This document shows positions 47,001 to 58,100 of a stretch of 64,000 bases of DNA, one piece after another (positions within the stretch are counted from its first letter, which is position 1; every line of letters starts with the position of its first letter). The notes below the pieces were generated by a model. That model saw only the letters and a program-made list of their open reading frames with translations. It was not told the DNA's origin and did no database searches. The stretch lies in the NCBI GenBank assembly GCA_965222115.1, contig CBDCTJ010000007.1:2816001-2880000 (forward strand), in the 5' to 3' direction. Both the position numbers and the translations under genes were made by a program. The DNA comes from Planctomycetota bacterium (lineage in GTDB: Bacteria; Planctomycetota; PLA2; JAEUHO01).

Positions 47001-50000
47001 AAGCCACGTCTTCCGACGGCGCTTGGGGCGCCGACAAGGATCGCGGGGACTTCAATGGTGACGGCAAGCTTGAAGGAGCTGCCAAACGAGACGAAGTGGA
47101 CATGGAAATGGACGAACTCAGCGAGCTTGTCGATGAAGCACGTTCCAAGAGCAAGAAGATGCCTCGCTCTAGTCGTAAGGCGGGATACTACGCTCCGAGC
47201 GGACCTGCAAACCGCATGAACCAGCCCAGCGTAGTGGGCAATCGCCCGTACGCGCTGCATGAGCAAGCAAATCAACAGCTCTACGCCGCGCCCGGAACAT
47301 CAATACCCGGAATGGCTTCCTATAGCTCCATTGGCTTCCCGCTGCTTCCTCCGCCACCGCCAAACGAGAAAGGAAGCGACGGAAAGGAAACGCCCCACGA
47401 CTATGACCCCGAAGTGGTCAAGCTACTCACTGCACTTGAGCGGCGCGGTGTGCTCGCCACCATCGAGGGCGGAGTACACGTTGTGGATGTTCACCGCGCC
47501 TACGTGGGGCTCCGCAGTCTCGTTGGTGGCTCCAGTCGTTGGGAAGGTTGGATCGCGCGAAACGCATGGGTCCTTGATCATGTGCGTCCGTCCGACACCG
47601 CAGGACAACGCATCGACTGGTTCAACGGCACCCATCGCGGCGCGCTACACGTCGCTCGTGGCCTGGCGACCTCGCGCAAAGCAAAGCCGCGCGATGGCGA
47701 GGCGTGGTTCCTTCCGTTCTGGGACATGCGCTACAAGAACATGCTGGCCGACTTCGCCCGCCTCGGCTTGACCGCCAAGATTGCCTCGAAATCTGAGAAC
47801 ACAGTGGTGCTCGTACTCGGCAGTGGAAAGGAACCTTGCCCCACCACGCGCCTGACCATCGACACCACCCGCAATGTGGCCACCGAAATGGCCTACGTCA
47901 ATGCCGAAGGCAAGACGTTGTCTCGCACGACCTTTGGCAAATTCGTTGAAGTGGCGGGTCGTCACTGGGAAACGCTGATTCGCCGCTTTGACGACAAAGA
48001 CCGCATGACGGGCGAATCGGTGCGCACGATTGAAGCCGTAGCGACGAAGGCGTTGGACGAGCAACTCGCCCGCGTTGCACTCGCGAGCAAAGAAGGTTTC
48101 GCGATTTCTCTACCACTTCCAACACGTACCGACGCTAAGGACGCAGTCAAGGCCGGCAAGGCAACATCCATGGATCACCTTGCGGTCCTGTTGCAAACGT
48201 TGGGTGCACAAACCTGGGACGAACTCGATGTCAGCTGGAGGGGCTTCGAAGACGCCACGGGTACCTCATCGGCACTCAAGTTTGTTGAGTACACCGTTCG
48301 CTCGCACGTACGCGACAACGAGCGCCTGCTGGCTCTCGCGCGCTCGCTGGTGCCCCAGGCAACCGCAGCCACACCCGAGACTGCGAAACGATTCCTGAGC
48401 TACTTCATCTACGCCGTCTCACAGTCAAAGTTCGGCGCCGGCGAGTCGCTGGACTTGCTCGATCAACTGCAGGCACCCATGACCGCCACGAGCGATACGG
48501 AACGCGAAGAGGACGTTCGTCTCGCCACACGCCTGCGGGCACGCGTTCTTCTCATGCGCGCCGCGCTGCTTGATCGATTGGGTCGTCACCGAGAGGCGCG
48601 TGACATCCGTGCCAAGCGCGCAACGCTACTGCCCTTCGACGTCACCGCACAGCTCACGCTCGAAAGCGACTTGTTTGGCATCGGCAAGCGCGACGACGCA
48701 CTCGCCTTGCTCAAGCGACTCGTGGATGAACGTGAACCGTGGACTCACGCCGAGCGTTCGGCCATCTTTTCCAGGTGGACCGATCGGCTGTGGCAGATGC
48801 GGCGCCTCGACGCGCTCGAAGCCGTTGCGCGGCGGTGGACCGAGACGAGCCCAGTGGAGGGCGCGCCCTATTTGCGTCATTGGTCGTCGCTCTACTTCTT
48901 GCAGCGCGACGGTGAAGTGAACGAAACGGTAGGCGCGCTCCTCGCGCGGCGTCCCACGGGTAAGGAATCCAAGAACGAAATCGCACAACTTGGCGCTGCC
49001 ATGCGCATGGCGCTGGGCGGTGGATGGCAATTTCAAACGCAGGTCACACCCGCCTCTTGGCGCAAACCCGTCGCGAACCTCGTTCATCATGTGATTCGTA
49101 GCAACGTAGAACCCTTCCGGGCAGCATGGCAGGTCTTTGCTGATTGGCGTTATCGCCGCACCGACGAGCATAAGACCCTGATCAAGGCGCTACAGGCCGA
49201 CACGGGCAAGGCTGCGTGGGTGAAGGCCGCCTCATCGCGCCAACTCGCCCACTACATCAGCCGTCTGCCGTGGACCTCGGGCGCAGTGGATCGCAGTCAC
49301 TGGGAGACATTTGAAGGCGGACTTGAAGAACGCTGGCAAGCAGCCGAAGACTTCACGGAACGCAACACACTGTCGGGACACATTCTGACACTACTGGACG
49401 CCCAACAGGAGGCAGAGCGCGCCCTCGACTTCCTGCGTGCACGATTGGCACGCACAGACGCCTCACGCAAGCACAGCATTGCAAGACAACTCTTCACGCG
49501 GCTATTGGCCCACACCAAGAAGGGCGAGACGCTCGCCGACATTGAGAAACGCGAAAACGAGTTGCTTTCGCTCATGCCGCTTCGCATTCATCCCGGTGCC
49601 AACGCGCAGCAACAGGAAGCGGCGTGGGCGGGAGCTATCAGCCAGTGGACCGCAACGGCAGCATCGTGGCGCATCACCGCCGCCATGGGGCCGGGCGAGG
49701 AACACGAGAAACTGTCGCGCGCTCAGTTTAAGCAACTCGGTAAGGATGCGAAGAAGGTCTCTCGCGAGCAGATGGTGTCGCGGTTGAACAGCGTGCGCGC
49801 GTCCGTCCCCAATTTGGCGAAGCGTTGGCTCGACCTGGAACGCCTTACACTCATGGCCGAACTCGCGACGGACTTGCCCGCTGTAGTCAAAGAGGCGATG
49901 GCGCGTTTTACGCGCAAGTGGGAACGCAAGGTCGACGCCTTTGATCACACCGAACGACGTCGTCTTGCTGCTATTCTCACATTCGCGGCCGTGAAACGAA

Positions 50001-53000
50001 ACGCCCCGGAAGGCTTCGCCGACTCGTTGCTCGCACACTTCGAGAAGGGCCGTGCCGAGGAAGTTGCTCTACTGGCCGAGGACAAGGAAACCGTGTCGCT
50101 CTTGGACTGGCCGTATCACATCTTCCGACTCCAGGTTGCCCTTGACCGCCCCGAGGCGCTGATCGCCTCAATCAAGACCTGGGAAGACATGGATCTGATG
50201 GCCAGTCGTTGGCGTGTGGCCCTCGGCTACACCGAAACCGAGTTGGGTCGCATCGACAAGGGCGCCGAACACTTCGAAGCCGTCCACGTAAAAAAGGAAC
50301 TCGGCGAACAGGAACTCGCCCACCTGGCGCGCTGGTATCTGGTCCTCAACAAGGACGACGCGCGCAGGGCCGCCCTCGTCGCACGCTACAAAGCAATGAA
50401 CGAATGGCAACTCGCCAATCAAATCAGTGCTAGGAGCCGAACGGTTCAGCGTCGCGGCAAGGGCATCCCTGCGGAGCTAGAGCCCGAGACATTCGACATG
50501 ATCCGCGTGCTCATGAGCAAGGCCAACTATCCGGACAACCATCGTTGGCGCATTCGCAACATCTACCGCGCCACCAAGGATTTCCGTGTCTTGGGGGCCA
50601 CCGTGACGAGCATGACGGGGCACACCAAGGAGCGCATCTACCGTTTCCTCACGTGCATGCAGCACCTGGTCAACAATGTGCATGAAGAAGCCACCTGTGA
50701 CGAACTCACGCGTCGCTTGGCCGAGTTGCGCAGCGCTACTGAATCGAGTGTGGATCGCCGCGCCTTTTACTTGCTCACGTCGATCGTGGAATCACGTGCA
50801 AGCCGCGTTCTGGAAAAGGACGCAGACCACCGCACGCTGGCGCTTGAGGCGTTGAGGGCAGCATTCAAAGAAGGCAACTGGGAGAAGGGTGAGCCGCTCC
50901 TCATGGCGCAGTACCTCTACGGTCAGGGGCGGCCCGGCGACGGTGCCATCGAACAGGAGATCGTACGGCAACTTCGCGCCCTGTCCGAGCTGCCGAGCGA
51001 AACCGGCACGACACGCATTCGTCTCAAGACACTGCTTGCACGGGCGCTTTGGCGCAACCCTGCGTCTCAATCCGATGCGATCGATCTCTTGGCTCGCACG
51101 ATTGACGAGGGTCGAGCGATCAACGCACGCTATCCCTTGGGCCACCAGGCCATACCGCTCTTGACGAACTGGCTCACACACAAGGGCCGTTACCGTGACG
51201 CGGAGCGTTTCGTCAAGGATGAAGTGGCGCGCCATGACGATGTCCGGACCAAGCGCAATTTGGAACACAATCTGTGGCGCGTCTACGTTGCAGCCGTCCG
51301 CAACGGGGGCGCCGTGAGCATCGGTCAGGGTGCGAGCCTGTACTCGCGCACGCTCGAGCTTATGCACGCGAGTCTTGAACAAGCGCCTGGAGAACTAAAC
51401 CAGTTCGCGTCGCAGATCGTTTCACTCCATCACGCGGCCAAACACGCGCGTGTACTTCCTGACGCAGGCAACGCACTAGATAGGTATGCCCGCGAACGCT
51501 TTGCGACTATCTGCCGTCGCGCACCACTGCAGCAAACGTACGGCATGCGTGCAATGGCGCAAGGCATTCACAAGCTCGCGGGCGCGAGCGCAGGACTGCG
51601 CTATCTACTAGATACCTATGCCACGCAGCCGGCATTTATCAAGCGCCTGAATCTCGATCTCTGGAGTCAGAACACGTGGATGTTTGCCAAATGGCGCAGC
51701 GAGTCCCGAAGTCAAGATCAGGGCCTCTGGGAGTTGGTGAAGGCCGACTACGTCGGCATGCTTACGGGCACATCGAACTCACGGGCGAGTGCATTCTGGA
51801 ATCGTGGCGGTAGCCACGAATGGCGCGAAAAGCACGCCAACTTTGTGCAGCTCGCCGTCGCCACGGCGGAAACGCACGGCGATTCGCAGACAACCACCAT
51901 GCGCTGCGCGCGCACCCTCCGAAACCTCGGAGCACGCGCAGACGCGGTGACCGTGCTGGCAAGTGCACTGAGTCGCGGTCAACTGGATGACAGTGGCCAA
52001 TGGACATTGGCCAACTGGTACAAGCAAGATGCTCGTTTCCAAGAAGGCCGTGACTTGGGGTTGAAGCTCTTGGAGGGTCGCCCCGAGCAGTTGCAGCGCT
52101 ACATCTTGGTGGCCGAATGTCACGGCGCGCTAAAGAATATGGACGCCATGCTCAAGGTTCTTCAATCGGCCGAGACCTACTTCCGCGGTCAAGACGAGGC
52201 GACCAAGAACAAGGCCAAGCTCTGGCGCGCCGAAGTGGCGTCAACGTTGGGCATGACCGCCATCCGACATCGACTCGACGAACCGGGTGCCACGTGGATG
52301 GAAGAAGCGCTGCGGCTGCTGCGCGAACGCAGCGGTCACCGAGGCGGTCGTTCCAACCAAATGGCCACGTGGTACGCGCAGCTGGCCATTGCTCGTTCGC
52401 GCCTCGGCGATACAGCGCGAGCCGTAAAGGCGGCAACTGCCGCCGTGGCCGCGACGTCGGCGCGCAACCGCAGTGCGCGCAGGAGTCAATACACCGCACT
52501 GGTCAAGGTGTTCACGGAAGCCAAAGACTTGGAGAGCTACACAGGCGTCTACGACAAGGAAGTCGCCGAGACTTCCATTGACAGCTCACTTGTCCGGCAA
52601 GCCATGGCGGACGCATGGGCAATGCGCAAGGATTACGAACGCGCCGCGGCACAACTTGTGCTCGCTCGCGAACTCGATCCACGCGACGAACAGGTCTTGA
52701 CCAAGCTGCTCAAGAGCTACGACACATTGGGCCAAAAGCAAAAGGCCATGGAAGTGCTACTTTCGTCGGCCACGTTGTCTCCTCGCAATCTCGTGGCCTA
52801 CGAGGGGCTCGCCAAGCGTTACCAAGAGCTCGGCCAGAAGGTTCAACGCGAACGTGCATTGACTACGCTCGTCGAAGTCCTTCCCAAGAGCTCCGATGGA
52901 CACCATCGCCTCGCGTCGATTCGACGGGCGAGTGGGGATAAGGACGAGGCCGTACGACATTGGTCGCTTGCTGCGAAGCACGACGCCAAGAACCCTGCCC

Positions 53001-53146
53001 GCTTGATCGACCTTGCGCGCGGACTAATCGATGTCGGCCGCCACGACGAGGCCCGTACATCACTCAATCGCGTCATTGATGAATCGTGGCTCAATGCACA
53101 AAACACCAAGAAACAAGCAAAGGAACTACTCAAGCAGCTCCCGTAG
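44027..53146 (+). CDS. giant exported protein: FecR-like + VIT + vWA + helical/TPR repeats (3039 aa)
   Basis: PGDRIRT FecR-like; IARTTIEQSF.N...EGVFYFPLP VIT; DTSGSM MIDAS; RLWA...TPYTSFLVLE; C-terminal TPRs. Confidence 0.85.
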   Translation: MSKSISSASPRSLRRPLGRRPLGRRPSGRRTLVRAAAMLVVLAACFSGNPLRADEGDKKPSPSFKDDGRAGSVIDTQGTVLVRPASQGRWSPLNAKDLVFPGDRIRTDVRGAHAVELAVGSGTVLLGPATEVEVDADQAVRLIQGDVEVKAATAKKGGPAVKPMVVTAPGDFSSSVTGTLWLSTEGREKIRQFDKTPTWVKGYRASASNEWMGALMAKVDGRDVPLAVGYHNVTVEIRDQIARTTIEQSFINSTRNRMEGVFYFPLPPGASISGFGMWIGGELVEADIVEKQRAREIYEDILRKKKDPGLLEWEGGNLFKARVFPIEAGSEKRIRLRYTQVLPREGDSYRYRYALRSELLTRKPLRELKMTVRVMSTPKLGQLTCATHDATIKRLTDHEASVEYEAREYAPTQDFEVRVGIEAKDNIVVVPHRRGEDGYFMVQLMPPSTDANGWQRDLVPDGAPLKIVMVADTSGSMDPATRVKQSQFIRALVSLLSPDDRVSIMAYDVSPVWITNEPLAANSDELQAALDDLDARDSLGWSDIPAAIKEATAKVADGGLVVYVGDGIGTNGDGDPVGVAADIRASAGSSKATVHAVAPASTYESGVLKALASIGSGSLRGLDPKPVETAAALLREAVRPSIRDMQIEIDGIRTARVYPASLPNLPAGQQMLVLGRFLPSDQEQTGTVRVKGTLSDAPVTYSTTFTIPATDAGNSFLSRLWARMHLDALLEQGSSKKIREEIIEFSERFGIMTPYTSFLVLESDAQREEYGVTRRVRMRDGERFFATARDRVALEQRRSALKVAGRWRQALRHSIMREIAALGRHIGLPGYHPPAPTPPGANVRAIAWGIGERAYSAVRTYGATYTGDMAAASRTVLVRPASMRVDGEVVPAVYETVYDRLADAERQWEHSESPMSGSCGSSGSCGSSRPIGGGAGARFGGRGRSAAKGGAPRARLASLRRAAEEHQGLPTPQSESGLAAPSAPPVAGDPAEATSSDGAWGADKDRGDFNGDGKLEGAAKRDEVDMEMDELSELVDEARSKSKKMPRSSRKAGYYAPSGPANRMNQPSVVGNRPYALHEQANQQLYAAPGTSIPGMASYSSIGFPLLPPPPPNEKGSDGKETPHDYDPEVVKLLTALERRGVLATIEGGVHVVDVHRAYVGLRSLVGGSSRWEGWIARNAWVLDHVRPSDTAGQRIDWFNGTHRGALHVARGLATSRKAKPRDGEAWFLPFWDMRYKNMLADFARLGLTAKIASKSENTVVLVLGSGKEPCPTTRLTIDTTRNVATEMAYVNAEGKTLSRTTFGKFVEVAGRHWETLIRRFDDKDRMTGESVRTIEAVATKALDEQLARVALASKEGFAISLPLPTRTDAKDAVKAGKATSMDHLAVLLQTLGAQTWDELDVSWRGFEDATGTSSALKFVEYTVRSHVRDNERLLALARSLVPQATAATPETAKRFLSYFIYAVSQSKFGAGESLDLLDQLQAPMTATSDTEREEDVRLATRLRARVLLMRAALLDRLGRHREARDIRAKRATLLPFDVTAQLTLESDLFGIGKRDDALALLKRLVDEREPWTHAERSAIFSRWTDRLWQMRRLDALEAVARRWTETSPVEGAPYLRHWSSLYFLQRDGEVNETVGALLARRPTGKESKNEIAQLGAAMRMALGGGWQFQTQVTPASWRKPVANLVHHVIRSNVEPFRAAWQVFADWRYRRTDEHKTLIKALQADTGKAAWVKAASSRQLAHYISRLPWTSGAVDRSHWETFEGGLEERWQAAEDFTERNTLSGHILTLLDAQQEAERALDFLRARLARTDASRKHSIARQLFTRLLAHTKKGETLADIEKRENELLSLMPLRIHPGANAQQQEAAWAGAISQWTATAASWRITAAMGPGEEHEKLSRAQFKQLGKDAKKVSREQMVSRLNSVRASVPNLAKRWLDLERLTLMAELATDLPAVVKEAMARFTRKWERKVDAFDHTERRRLAAILTFAAVKRNAPEGFADSLLAHFEKGRAEEVALLAEDKETVSLLDWPYHIFRLQVALDRPEALIASIKTWEDMDLMASRWRVALGYTETELGRIDKGAEHFEAVHVKKELGEQELAHLARWYLVLNKDDARRAALVARYKAMNEWQLANQISARSRTVQRRGKGIPAELEPETFDMIRVLMSKANYPDNHRWRIRNIYRATKDFRVLGATVTSMTGHTKERIYRFLTCMQHLVNNVHEEATCDELTRRLAELRSATESSVDRRAFYLLTSIVESRASRVLEKDADHRTLALEALRAAFKEGNWEKGEPLLMAQYLYGQGRPGDGAIEQEIVRQLRALSELPSETGTTRIRLKTLLARALWRNPASQSDAIDLLARTIDEGRAINARYPLGHQAIPLLTNWLTHKGRYRDAERFVKDEVARHDDVRTKRNLEHNLWRVYVAAVRNGGAVSIGQGASLYSRTLELMHASLEQAPGELNQFASQIVSLHHAAKHARVLPDAGNALDRYARERFATICRRAPLQQTYGMRAMAQGIHKLAGASAGLRYLLDTYATQPAFIKRLNLDLWSQNTWMFAKWRSESRSQDQGLWELVKADYVGMLTGTSNSRASAFWNRGGSHEWREKHANFVQLAVATAETHGDSQTTTMRCARTLRNLGARADAVTVLASALSRGQLDDSGQWTLANWYKQDARFQEGRDLGLKLLEGRPEQLQRYILVAECHGALKNMDAMLKVLQSAETYFRGQDEATKNKAKLWRAEVASTLGMTAIRHRLDEPGATWMEEALRLLRERSGHRGGRSNQMATWYAQLAIARSRLGDTARAVKAATAAVAATSARNRSARRSQYTALVKVFTEAKDLESYTGVYDKEVAETSIDSSLVRQAMADAWAMRKDYERAAAQLVLARELDPRDEQVLTKLLKSYDTLGQKQKAMEVLLSSATLSPRNLVAYEGLAKRYQELGQKVQRERALTTLVEVLPKSSDGHHRLASIRRASGDKDEAVRHWSLAAKHDAKNPARLIDLARGLIDVGRHDEARTSLNRVIDESWLNAQNTKKQAKELLKQLP
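44066..44110. repeat. 15-bp tandem repeat x3 (RRPLG RRPLG RRPSG) in the signal n-region
   Basis: CGTCGTCCTCTTGGG twice, then CGCCGTCCTTCTGGC. Confidence 0.85.
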
Positions 53147-53275
53147 AGTGTGGTCAAGCGCGCTCTCCAACATCTGTTCACAACGCTTGCGCTTCGTTTC
53201 GTTTCGTTGGCCCTTTGCGTGAAATGTATTGTTTGCGACCGTATAGGAGTACTCGAACCTCCACGTCAAACGAGG

Positions 53276-54136
53276 TTAGGCGAATCGCCGGAGGATATAG
53301 CGATCCAGGATCGGCCGAATCAGTGAAAGTTCCGCGCGGTACGCATTGCGATTGGCAACGGTATGACGCACTTCGCGAACAATTTCCTCGCCAAGCATGC
53401 GTATGCCTCGATGGCGCGCTAACGAGGCCTTCGCATGCGTCGTGCCAAGTAGCAGACTGAGTTCGCTCGTGCTGAGCGGCCCTTCACGGATGAGGATTTC
53501 TACAGCGCGCGCGTTTCCTGGGCTGCGCGTACGCATACGTTCCGTGGCGGCCATGAGCATGCAGCGCACCCACTGTTCCATCTCGTCACTCTCGTCGGCG
53601 GAATTGGTTCTCTGGGTGGACGGTAAGGCGTCGACTCGCAGGCGCATGGTTCCCGCGTCCAACGACTCTAGGCCACCCTCGGGATGGCGGCGCTTCGCCA
53701 GGCGATGACGCACATAGTTGCGCGTAAAGTTCTTGGTCATTGCGAAGAGAAAATCTCGAAAGCGTCCACGTTCGGGGTCAGCGCGGAGCAGCCAATCGCG
53801 CTCGTAGCAAGCCGTCAAGAGCTCGTGCACAACGTCGGCGGCCTCGTCACCGCGAACGACGCCCCCACCCGTGCGCTCGAGCTCACGACTGGCTATCCAA
53901 ATCATCGCGGGCAAGTACTTCCCCGTTAGATGTCGCCACGCGTCTTGGACCGCGTCGTAGGCGCCCGCTTCCCCTGCATCATGTGAAACCTGTTCGGCGC
54001 TTCCAGGGTCCGCGTTCTGAACTGCAGATTCCGGGGCGCCTTTCGAGTTCGCGCCCAATCCTGACGCCTCCGTTGCGCATTCAGGACTACCCAACTCTTT
54101 GACCCGACTCCAATGGGTCGTACTGAAGTCAAACAC
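53276..54136 (-). CDS. ECF-type RNA polymerase sigma factor (planctomycete type)
   Basis: F.TTHWS, A.D.V..., ADPERGRFR.FL, AKRR..GG. Confidence 0.8.
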   Translation of the reverse strand: MFDFSTTHWSRVKELGSPECATEASGLGANSKGAPESAVQNADPGSAEQVSHDAGEAGAYDAVQDAWRHLTGKYLPAMIWIASRELERTGGGVVRGDEAADVVHELLTACYERDWLLRADPERGRFRDFLFAMTKNFTRNYVRHRLAKRRHPEGGLESLDAGTMRLRVDALPSTQRTNSADESDEMEQWVRCMLMAATERMRTRSPGNARAVEILIREGPLSTSELSLLLGTTHAKASLARHRGIRMLGEEIVREVRHTVANRNAYRAELSLIRPILDRYILRRFA

Positions 54137-54565
54137 CGAGCGGCTCCGGAAAAGGGGCCCTTTTCTCCAGAATCGGGCTGAAACCGAGAAGTTGTTGCGA
54201 CTCCGCGGCGACCCGATTCCTACTCGTCCTCCTCTCCGCGACCGCCCTCAGCAATATCGCGAGGGGCATCTCTTGCGGCTCCACACGCCGCGCTCTCGCT
54301 TCTCATGTCACTCAGCACCTCTTGAGGCGCTGCACAGATCCCGATGTTGCTCCGCCCTTTGGGCGTTCACGCCCGAGCGGCTTTCCATCAGATGACATTC
54401 CGCACACGACCACATAGGTCCTCGCATTTGGCCGCTGTAGTCCGCCAGGAATTCTTGAAAAAACTCACATTCATCGTTCGCGTGTTGTTTGCGCGCGACA
54501 CCATAGAGACGTGGCTGCGCGGGTATAACAGGGCAGCTCCCGTATGACCGACTGAGAAAGGAAGC

Positions 54566-55156
54566 GTGGTGAATCCGCCGACTCGTTCGACTGCCAACAA
54601 ACGCGAGCCCACCGAAGAAGGGCTTCCTCAGGAATCCAGCGAACTCTTCTCGCTGCTGTACGACGAGATTCATAAGCAAGCCAAGATCTACATGAGGGGA
54701 CAGCCGCGGGGGCACACACTCCAGCCCACGGCGCTCGCTAACGAGGCGTACCTCCGGGTGCGAAACATCCACCCAGGGCGTTGGCGTTCGCGTCAGCACT
54801 TCTTGGCGATGTCCTCCAAAGTCATGGTTCGCGTGTTGGCCGACTACGCGCGCCAGCGATGCAGCGCCAAACGAAACGCGGAGGGGAATCGCGTTCCCCT
54901 GGTCGAGGGACTCCTGGTGCACTTCGAGCAGCAGCACGTTGATATGCTCGACTTGGAGGCCAAGCTGGCCGAACTATCACAGCTCGGACCCGACGAAGAG
55001 CGCGGTGCGACGATTGTGCAGTTCCGTGCGTTTGGCGGGCTGACCATGCAGGAAATCGCCAGCACATTGGCCACTCCCAAACGGACGATCGAGCGCGAGT
55101 TTCGCTTCGCGCGGGCATGGTTGCACCGGGCGCTTGACCTGCCCACAAGTTCGTAA
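54566..55156 (+). CDS. ECF-type sigma factor (TIGR02999-like)
   Basis: LY.E.H..A, HTLQPTAL..EAY.R, SR.HF, R..GGLT..EIA..L....T.ER...ARAWL. Confidence 0.9.
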   Translation: MVNPPTRSTANKREPTEEGLPQESSELFSLLYDEIHKQAKIYMRGQPRGHTLQPTALANEAYLRVRNIHPGRWRSRQHFLAMSSKVMVRVLADYARQRCSAKRNAEGNRVPLVEGLLVHFEQQHVDMLDLEAKLAELSQLGPDEERGATIVQFRAFGGLTMQEIASTLATPKRTIEREFRFARAWLHRALDLPTSS

Positions 55157-55199
55157 CACTCGCGTCCTTCGTGTGCACCCGCTTTATGCAGGAGTGCCC

Positions 55200-58100
55200 T
55201 TGTCATCTACCCAACAACCATTTGCGTGGTCCGACATTCGCGCAGCGTTCGATCACGCCATGGAATTGCCGGAGCACGAGCGGTGCGCCTACCTCAGGAC
55301 GAACTACTCGCCCGCCATAGCCGCGGAGGCTCAGAGCCTCTTGGAGCATCATGTCGCGGCCGCGTCGTTTCTGGCACCGCCGCCAACCGACGTACTGGAA
55401 CCGCATCGTTTAGAAGACAAGGCGGCGCATCACAACACGTTCCCCGACACGTTGCTCGCGGACCGCTATCTCATCAAGGAGTTGATTGGCGAAGGCGGCA
55501 CGTCATGGGTGCATCGCGCGAAGGATCAAATGACGGGCGACGATGTGGTCGTCAAGATCATCGCCAAGCAGCACGCCGTGCGCTACGACGTGGCACGCCT
55601 TGAGGCATCCGCGCTTCGACTCCTCGCACTACCCGGCATTGTCCGGCTCTTGGACGAGGGCATCGAAGGCGACCAGACGTTCCTTGTCATGGAGTACGTA
55701 GAGGGAAAACCCTATCCCGGATGGTCGGCCCCGCTCGCCGATCCTCGAAGCGAAAATGCACCGTTACGGCATACGTGGCAGACGATCCGCCAACCGACGA
55801 TTGGTTTGTTGGAAACGCTGTCTCGCGTGCACTCTCGCGGAATTGTGCATGCCGACCTCAAACCGGGCAACGTGCTCGTGCGTCGCAACGGTTCTTCGGT
55901 GGTGTTGGATTTGGGGATTAGTCGAGATCCGGGACTGGATCGAGAGACGCTGCGCTCCATCGCCCTCGCGGGAACGCCTCGCTACATTTCGCCCGAACAA
56001 CTGGATGGTAAGCCCGCTACCGCGGCGTCGGATCTGTACTCTCTTGGCATCATGCTGTACGAAGCGCTGGCGGGTTGCGATCCGCATGACGCCCGTACCG
56101 CACACGAGACGATTGCACGCCGCGTGCATTGCTCACCCCCACCGCTTCGGGATGTTGCGCCCGACGTACCACCACGCATTGCGGCCTGCATCGATCGCAT
56201 GATCGCGTCCGATCCCAAGCACCGATACCCCAATGCGTTGAGCGTGCTTACGGATTTGGAAGCGGGATCAGAACGTCTCGACGTAAACGATGAGTTTGCT
56301 CTGTGCTCAAGCGAGTTTGTGGAGCGCCTGTTCAATCGGATCATGGCGGGACACTCGGTCGATGTGTCGGGTCCCCGTCGTTCCGGTCGTTCGATGACGC
56401 TGCGCAAGCTCGGGGCGCGTCTAGTTGCCGAGGGGAGAAGCGTTGCCTTCGTTCAAGCGGGCACGCGGCCCTTTGAGTCACTTGCAAGCATCGGTATCAA
56501 TGTCTCGCGCCTTCAAGCCGACACTCGACATGCCCTCCAAAATGCTGTTACGAGCAAGCTCCACTCGATCCTCTCTGGCGGCACGATCGTTATGGTGCCC
56601 CATCCGACAACCGTTGATTCACACTCTCGCGAAATGCTGACCTCGGCACGGCAGGCCGGAGGCATCGTGCGCGCGGTCCTGATGGACACACCGGGCGCCC
56701 TCGCCGTGCCTCCCGTGAGCGCAAGCGAACTCATGCGCTGCTTTCACGGCCGAGAGCGCATTCACTACATTCCCAGCGACGCCGCACATCAACTGTGGCT
56801 CCGCACCGGAGGCCGTGCGGGACTGGTCCTTGATGAACTCAACGCATGGGAACGCGCGGGGCTGGCTCACTGGGATGGCGATCGCATGCGCATCGATCGA
56901 GACGCAATAACGCGCCTGCGCGGCGGGCTTCGGGTGCGACACCAGGATGGACTCGTGCCCGATTCACCCGTGAGTGCCGTGAGCGATCGACCGCGGACAG
57001 AACGAGCACTGCTCGCGTGTGTTGACCTGCTTGGTAGGCACGCGTCGCCCGCGCGATGCGCCAAAGCGCTGGGCATATCCATTGCTGAGGCCGAATTGCA
57101 AATGGAGTCCATGGAGCGAGAGGGCACACTCCAAGCCACCGACAGTGGCGGTTATTTCGTTCGCGTACCCATGAACCATGGCTCCCAGTTGGGACCCGCA
57201 CAACTCCGCTCGCTGCACCGTGGCATCGCCAGCACGCTACCTAAGGATGAACCCAAACGAATGCAACACCTGATCCTCGCAGGTGAGTTGGATGCGGCCA
57301 CGCGCGAGGCAGCGGCACTAGCCGACACGCTGACTTCGCATGGTCGTGTGCAACAGGCCTGGAATGTCGTTCGCGAGGGTTTACGCACGGCCTATCAAAC
57401 CAACACGCGCGGTCATGTTGTTGAATTGCTCGAACGGATGTGCGAGTACGCGCTCACCCTTGGAAGCCCGCGTGCATTGGCGCTCAGCGAATACGAGTTG
57501 GGACGCGCCTACGTTGCTTCCGATGCCATTGAACCATTGCGTAGGACGATGCGCGCCGCGACATTCGTGACTTCTGCAGAAGCCGAACGCGCACTCAAAG
57601 CCCTACCTCTCGATGCGCCCCCGGCAAGTGTTCGTGCGTATCGCACGATGATCTCGGTGTGGATGTTCGCGGCACGAGTGTCGCCGATGCCTACATTCCG
57701 AAGGCATCTGCACCTCGCCGAGCGAGCCGTTGCCGCACGGATGCAGACTAACGACTGTTTTTCCCTGGTGGGTGCTCGAGCATGGCTGGCGTACCGGGAA
57801 GACGACTACGTGTCGGCAGCACGTCAGCACTTGCGAGCGGTTGACCGTGCACCCATGCTTTCAACACAGATGACGTTTCGCACCAATGCAGCGTCGGCGT
57901 TCTTGGAGGCGGGAAAGTTTGATGATGCGCTTCGCGAGGCCAAAATCGTACATGACTGGGCCTCCCCTAGACGCCACACCTCACTCGTGGCCCGTAGTGA
58001 ACTCATGATGCGCGCAGCGCGCTATCGCCGAAGTGACGATGTTCAACCGGATCCGGAATTTGTTGACGCGTGCGAAGAGGCCCTGTCAAAGACGTCCCCG

